A stretch of DNA of 64,000 bases, taken from NCBI GenBank assembly GCA_050948885.1, contig JBMNER010000004.1:18965-82964 (forward strand), read 5' to 3'. Below the pieces are notes generated by a model, which worked only from the letters and a program-made list of their open reading frames with translations, was not told the origin of the DNA and did no database searches. Origin of the DNA: Bacilli bacterium (GTDB lineage Bacteria > Bacillota_I > Bacilli_A > RF39 > UBA660). Below, piece after piece: positions 60,710 to 64,000 of the stretch; position 1 is the first letter of the stretch; every line of letters starts with the position of its first letter. Made by a program: the position numbers and the translations under genes.

Positions 60710-62674
60710 TTAAAAGTCAAAATTCAATGATTTAACAATAAATTTATTTTTAATCATAATTTCATTTATTGGTTTTAAAGGAACCTTATCTATTTGAGTA
60801 TAAAACTGTTCAACAACATCATCTTCACAAGAAATATTTCTTTTTTCCAAAATTGCCTTTATTTCGTCTTCTCGTCTATCAAAATAATCATAACTCATCG
60901 CCCCTATTGCCACTAATTTTTCACATATGTCATTTCGATTCTTTGAAATGCATTTTAAATATTGGTCACTTTGATTTAATAACCCTTCTTGATCCCATAC
61001 CTTTATATTCCCATTAAGCAAGTCACTAAAAGTTTGCCCCGTTTCATCTAATACTGAAAGGGTTGAAGCATATATCTCCCTTAATCCATACCCACAAGGT
61101 AATACCATATCGACAATAAAATGCCAAGAAACACATATTTCTTCAATAAATTTTTGGGTTATATCATCCGCCTTATTATTTTTAAAATCGACCAATTCTG
61201 AAAGTGTTTTAACAACTGAGTCATAGAAAAGATCCGTCTCTTTACAATTCTTATGTTGCGCTAAGGTTATAGCAATATTGTATATATTATTAAAATATGG
61301 TAATAACTTAAATTTGGAAATTTCAAAATACCATAAATATTTTTGCGATTGAACTACAGTCGGTGACTGTTTAAAAACTTTTCGCGTATAATATTCAACC
61401 CTATTAATAAATTCGGAAGTAACTTCTTCATCTAAATGAACAATTAATCCATTAATTGTAGGCTCATATAATACAGTTTGTTCCTCTATCTCTATCGGAA
61501 TTATAAAATCAAAACAATAAAGCTCTCCAAATTCCATTTCCTTTTTTATATCAATATTAAATTGAACTTTTTCCGAAATAATTTTGCCATTGGTCGCATC
61601 AAGAAGAATTTTTGTCCCGGTCGGAAAGAGGGACATAGCATCTTTATAGTTAACAACACATGGCTTACCCATTTCTCTAGCAACTATAGCCGCATGTGAA
61701 AGTATAGAGCCTTCTTCAGTTATAATACCGCTAGCTTTCTTTATGGCTGGTAAATACTCCGTATTAGTAGCCGCAGCTACTAATATATAGTCTGAGGGAA
61801 AATTTTTAATTAGCTTTAGAATTTCTTCATCATCTAAATTTTCATCAATAACATAAGTTTTACCACGCGATATGCCAGGTGACGCTATTATCCCTTTTTC
61901 ATTACTTTGTTTTTTTATAAAAACTTTACTAGTTATTGGTCTAGCTTGAACTACATACGGATTATACTCTTCATCAACACACCATTCTAAATCCATCGGG
62001 GTTTCAAACCCATCAATAATTGTTTGGAAATGAGGCATTAAATTTTCAAGGGCTTTTATATCTAAAATTTTACCTACGAAAGATAAACTTTCTTGGTTTA
62101 TTTTTCCCTCTTTATTTATTTGAAAAGTTATTCTTGATGGAGTAATCTTCCCGCTAACTAATTGGTCAGCTAATCCTTCAACACATTCAATCAAAAAGAC
62201 TTTTGAACCATCTAAATCTATGGCCTCAGTAAATGCCACGCCAGAGATTGTGGGATTAACCATTTCCTGAATTATTATATTCATTTCTTGGTTTTTATTA
62301 TCATACGCATTAACTATTTCTGTTTCGGCACTTGCCCTAACATAGGAAATAGCTTTCAATACTTCTTCTAACTCATTATTAACATTTAACATTGTTTTAA
62401 ATATCCCGGCAAAAGACTTCCCCTGGCCATCTTCCGAAGACGCCGAAGAACGAACCGCTATTTTTTTACTTTTAGATAAATTATTTAGAAAATCTAAAAA
62501 TTCATTTATCGCTTGTTTATCTTTTTTTAAAAGTAAACCATCTATCATATTACTAGAAATCGCAAATCCTTTAGGTATTGGGATGCCTAATCTAACTAGT
62601 TGTGATAATCCTTTTGCTTTACCGCCATAACTCTCACCAGCATTAAAAATATCAGTTATAAAGAAATTTCTCAT
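60710..62674 (-). CDS. PEP-utilising-enzyme family protein: PPDK-type nucleotide-binding N-domain plus phosphohistidine swivel domain plus an uncharacterised ~290-aa C-terminal domain; no PEP/pyruvate TIM-barrel
   Basis: GGKAKGLSQL...PKGF, AVRSSASSEDGQGKSFAGIFKT and IIQEMVNPTISGVAFT form the PPDK_N domain. LVAAATNTEYLPAIKKASGIITEEGSILSHAAIVAREMGKPCVV is the mobile His domain. The C-terminal domain is Cys-containing and unassigned. Confidence 0.6.
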   Translation of the reverse strand: MRNFFITDIFNAGESYGGKAKGLSQLVRLGIPIPKGFAISSNMIDGLLLKKDKQAINEFLDFLNNLSKSKKIAVRSSASSEDGQGKSFAGIFKTMLNVNNELEEVLKAISYVRASAETEIVNAYDNKNQEMNIIIQEMVNPTISGVAFTEAIDLDGSKVFLIECVEGLADQLVSGKITPSRITFQINKEGKINQESLSFVGKILDIKALENLMPHFQTIIDGFETPMDLEWCVDEEYNPYVVQARPITSKVFIKKQSNEKGIIASPGISRGKTYVIDENLDDEEILKLIKNFPSDYILVAAATNTEYLPAIKKASGIITEEGSILSHAAIVAREMGKPCVVNYKDAMSLFPTGTKILLDATNGKIISEKVQFNIDIKKEMEFGELYCFDFIIPIEIEEQTVLYEPTINGLIVHLDEEVTSEFINRVEYYTRKVFKQSPTVVQSQKYLWYFEISKFKLLPYFNNIYNIAITLAQHKNCKETDLFYDSVVKTLSELVDFKNNKADDITQKFIEEICVSWHFIVDMVLPCGYGLREIYASTLSVLDETGQTFSDLLNGNIKVWDQEGLLNQSDQYLKCISKNRNDICEKLVAIGAMSYDYFDRREDEIKAILEKRNISCEDDVVEQFYTQIDKVPLKPINEIMIKNKFIVKSLNFDF

Positions 62675-62703
62675 ATCTTCTACAATCCTTCCTTTAAAAT
62701 TAT

Positions 62704-62735
62704 AAAACTATATCACTAACTAAAGCGATATAGTT
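62704..62735. promoter_or_regulatory. Perfect 10-bp inverted repeat AAACTATATC-N12-GATATAGTTT between the small upstream ORF and the PEP-utilising-family gene
   Basis: Exact reverse-complement arms. Candidate operator or attenuator in the gene's 5' region. Confidence 0.4.
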
Positions 62736-62741
62736 TATAAT

Positions 62742-62842
62742 TTAACATCTTTGAGCTTCACAAAGTTGTAATAACTCTTTTTCAATTGCATCAAGTGAAA
62801 CGGTTCGCCTTGAATTAATAATCCACTTAATAAATTTTATCA
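62742..62842 (-). CDS. Possible 33-aa ORF (MIKFIKWIINSRRTVSLDAIEKELLQLCEAQRC) with AAGAGG ribosome-binding site
   Basis: RBS with 7-nt spacing. No family recognised. May be spurious. Confidence 0.2.
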
Positions 62843-63030
62843 TAAAATAACCTCTTTTTAATAATTTAGAATGGTTTATTTACTTAGTTTTGTATATTAA
62901 CATAAAACATTTCAAGAATCAAGCCTTTTTACCAATCTTCCCCATGTGGTGTTAATAACTCGCCTCTTTTATTATATGTTTTATATGCTTAATATTTATA
63001 AAAGACTTATAATATTATTAATTTTTAATC

Positions 63031-63062
63031 ATCTAAAAAAACCCTTATATCTAAGGGTTTTT
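63031..63062 (+). repeat. Second identical copy of the 32-nt hairpin repeat, 9 nt from the 3' end of tRNA-Ser; bidirectional terminator for the tRNA array
   Basis: Exact match to 60474-60505. Confidence 0.6.
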
Positions 63063-63071
63063 GTTTTCTTT

Positions 63072-63162
63072 TGGCGGAGCAGGAGAGATTTGAACTCTCG
63101 CACCGGTTACCCGATCTACGCCCTTAGCAGGGGCGCCTCTTCAGCCTCTTGAGTACTGCTCC
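63072..63162 (-). tRNA. tRNA-Ser (anticodon GCT), type II with long variable arm, CCA encoded
   Basis: Manually folded: acceptor GGAGCAG/CTGCTCC, anticodon loop CTGCTAA, long variable arm, T-loop TTCAAAT. Confidence 0.85.
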
Positions 63163-63163
63163 T

Positions 63164-63239
63164 TGGTGACCCGTACGGGATTTGAACCCGTGAATGCATG
63201 CGTGAAAGGCATGTGTGTTAACCGCTTCACCAACGGGCC
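63164..63239 (-). tRNA. tRNA-Glu (anticodon TTC), CCA encoded
   Basis: Acceptor GGCCCGT/ACGGGTC, anticodon loop CTTTCAC, T-loop TTCAAAT. Confidence 0.85.
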
Positions 63240-63243
63240 ATAA

Positions 63244-63319
63244 TGGCGCCTGATGTAGGACTCGAACCTACGACAATCCGGTTAACAGCCGGGTACTCTA
63301 CCAACTGAGCTAATCAGGC
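63244..63319 (-). tRNA. tRNA-Asn (anticodon GTT), CCA encoded
   Basis: Acceptor GCCTGAT/ATCAGGC, anticodon stem-loop CCGGCTGTTAACCGG, T-loop TTCGAGT. Confidence 0.85.
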
Positions 63320-63325
63320 AAATAA

Positions 63326-63402
63326 TGGTGGGCTTGAATGGACTTGAACCATCGACCTCACGCTTATCAGGCGTGTGCTCTAACCAGCTGAGCTACAAGC
63401 CC
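63326..63402 (-). tRNA. tRNA-Ile (anticodon GAT), CCA encoded
   Basis: GGGCTTGTAGCTCAGCTGGTTAGAGC...CCTGATAAG...GGTTCAAGTCC is the classic tRNA-Ile(GAT) sequence. Confidence 0.9.
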
Positions 63403-63598
63403 CTCTTAATTATTTTGTATATTTTATCACAATCTAAGGTTATACAATTAAAATATTTAATGGGTATAATAATTTTAACTCTTTAATAAGGGTTAAAGAG
63501 TTGAAAAATAATCTTATTTAATTATTAAGATCATTCATATTATATAGGAATATAGTAAATAAATCAACATTATCCGGTCATATTTATTCCTTTTGTAT

Positions 63599-64000
63599 TT
63601 ATTTTGGTTGTTTAATAATTTTTAATATTTCTAAATACATTTGAAATCTACTCATTAATCCTTTTCTAAAACCATGTTTTTCTTCTTTAGTAATATGGGT
63701 TAGTTTATTTAAATTGACTTTAATAAAAGGAACATTATTCTTTTTTACATATTTAGTAAGAGCCATTTCCACTCCATAACGGGAGATATCAACCGCGGTT
63801 AGTTCTTCAAATAAGATTTTTTTCATCGCTCTTTGGCCTGATAAAAAAGGGGCGAACACATGGGCTAAGTCAGTCATGATACGGCCATTAGTAAATACCC
63901 CAATGGTCATATCTGTTTTTTGATTTAAGATAGGACGAATTAACCGGCGGATATGATTCCCTGTTAACCCAACTAAATCAGCATCAAGAAAGACAATTAT
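63599..64000 (-). CDS. Family-2 glycosyltransferase, 5'-truncated by the window end (the track ORF starts at an internal Met)
   Basis: The reading frame is open to position 64000. Upstream in-frame translation gives IIVFLDADLVGLTGNHIRR, the GT2 DXD motif. Confidence 0.6.
   Translation of the reverse strand: MIVFLDADLVGLTGNHIRRLIRPILNQKTDMTIGVFTNGRIMTDLAHVFAPFLSGQRAMKKILFEELTAVDISRYGVEMALTKYVKKNNVPFIKVNLNKLTHITKEEKHGFRKGLMSRFQMYLEILKIIKQPK

Noticed and set aside
62946-63152. 68-aa + strand ORF
   Set aside because: Overlaps tRNA-Ser and the repeat hairpin on the opposite strand. No RBS.
63404-63598. Promoter for the tRNA array (TTGTAT ... TGTGATAAAAT on the minus strand, and a + strand TGGGTATAAT)
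   Set aside because: Several overlapping AT-rich near-matches with a suboptimal 15-nt spacing. I cannot choose among them without transcript data.
1-64000. CRISPR arrays, IS elements, transposases, integrases, prophage genes, rRNA
   Set aside because: None detected. No regularly spaced direct repeats, no DDE transposase or tyrosine/serine recombinase motifs, and no rRNA-like conserved stretches.

Overview
Strongly AT-rich, gene-dense chromosomal segment from a low-GC, endospore-forming Firmicute. Core genes lie in Bacillus-like synteny: polysaccharide deacetylase, XRE regulator, mnmA, spoIIM-like, spoIVB, xseB-xseA-nusB, mutS, ylbL/ylbJ-like, trmK-sigA-dnaG, uvsE, an Rnf operon, yqeG-rsmI-dinB, sigK (uninterrupted), tmk-like, hemW-lepA-yqxA-spoIIP-gpr, rpsT, miaA-mutL-(pilin)-uvrC, yigZ, trxA, cvpA, rnhC, holA, comEC-comEA, a SEDS protein, def, smc-rnc, yidD and a 4-tRNA array. 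I see no rRNA, CRISPR, IS element or prophage. The most unusual content is a ComG-like type IV filament locus at 11.5-19.3 kb. Its ATPase, platform protein and prepilin peptidase sit with two giant prepilins carrying LamG/concanavalin-A-like lectin domains, and the platform protein has a ~220-aa polytopic N-terminal extension; the major ComGC-like pilin is encoded ~25 kb away inside the uvrC-mutL operon. The Rnf operon is atypical: an RnfD-RnfG fusion, a minimal RnfB with no ferredoxin domains, and two unannotated, translationally coupled small membrane ORFs. Near the tRNA array, a ~2.5-kb cassette is flanked by identical 32-nt hairpin repeats and encodes a PEP-utilising-family protein with an uncharacterised C-terminal domain.
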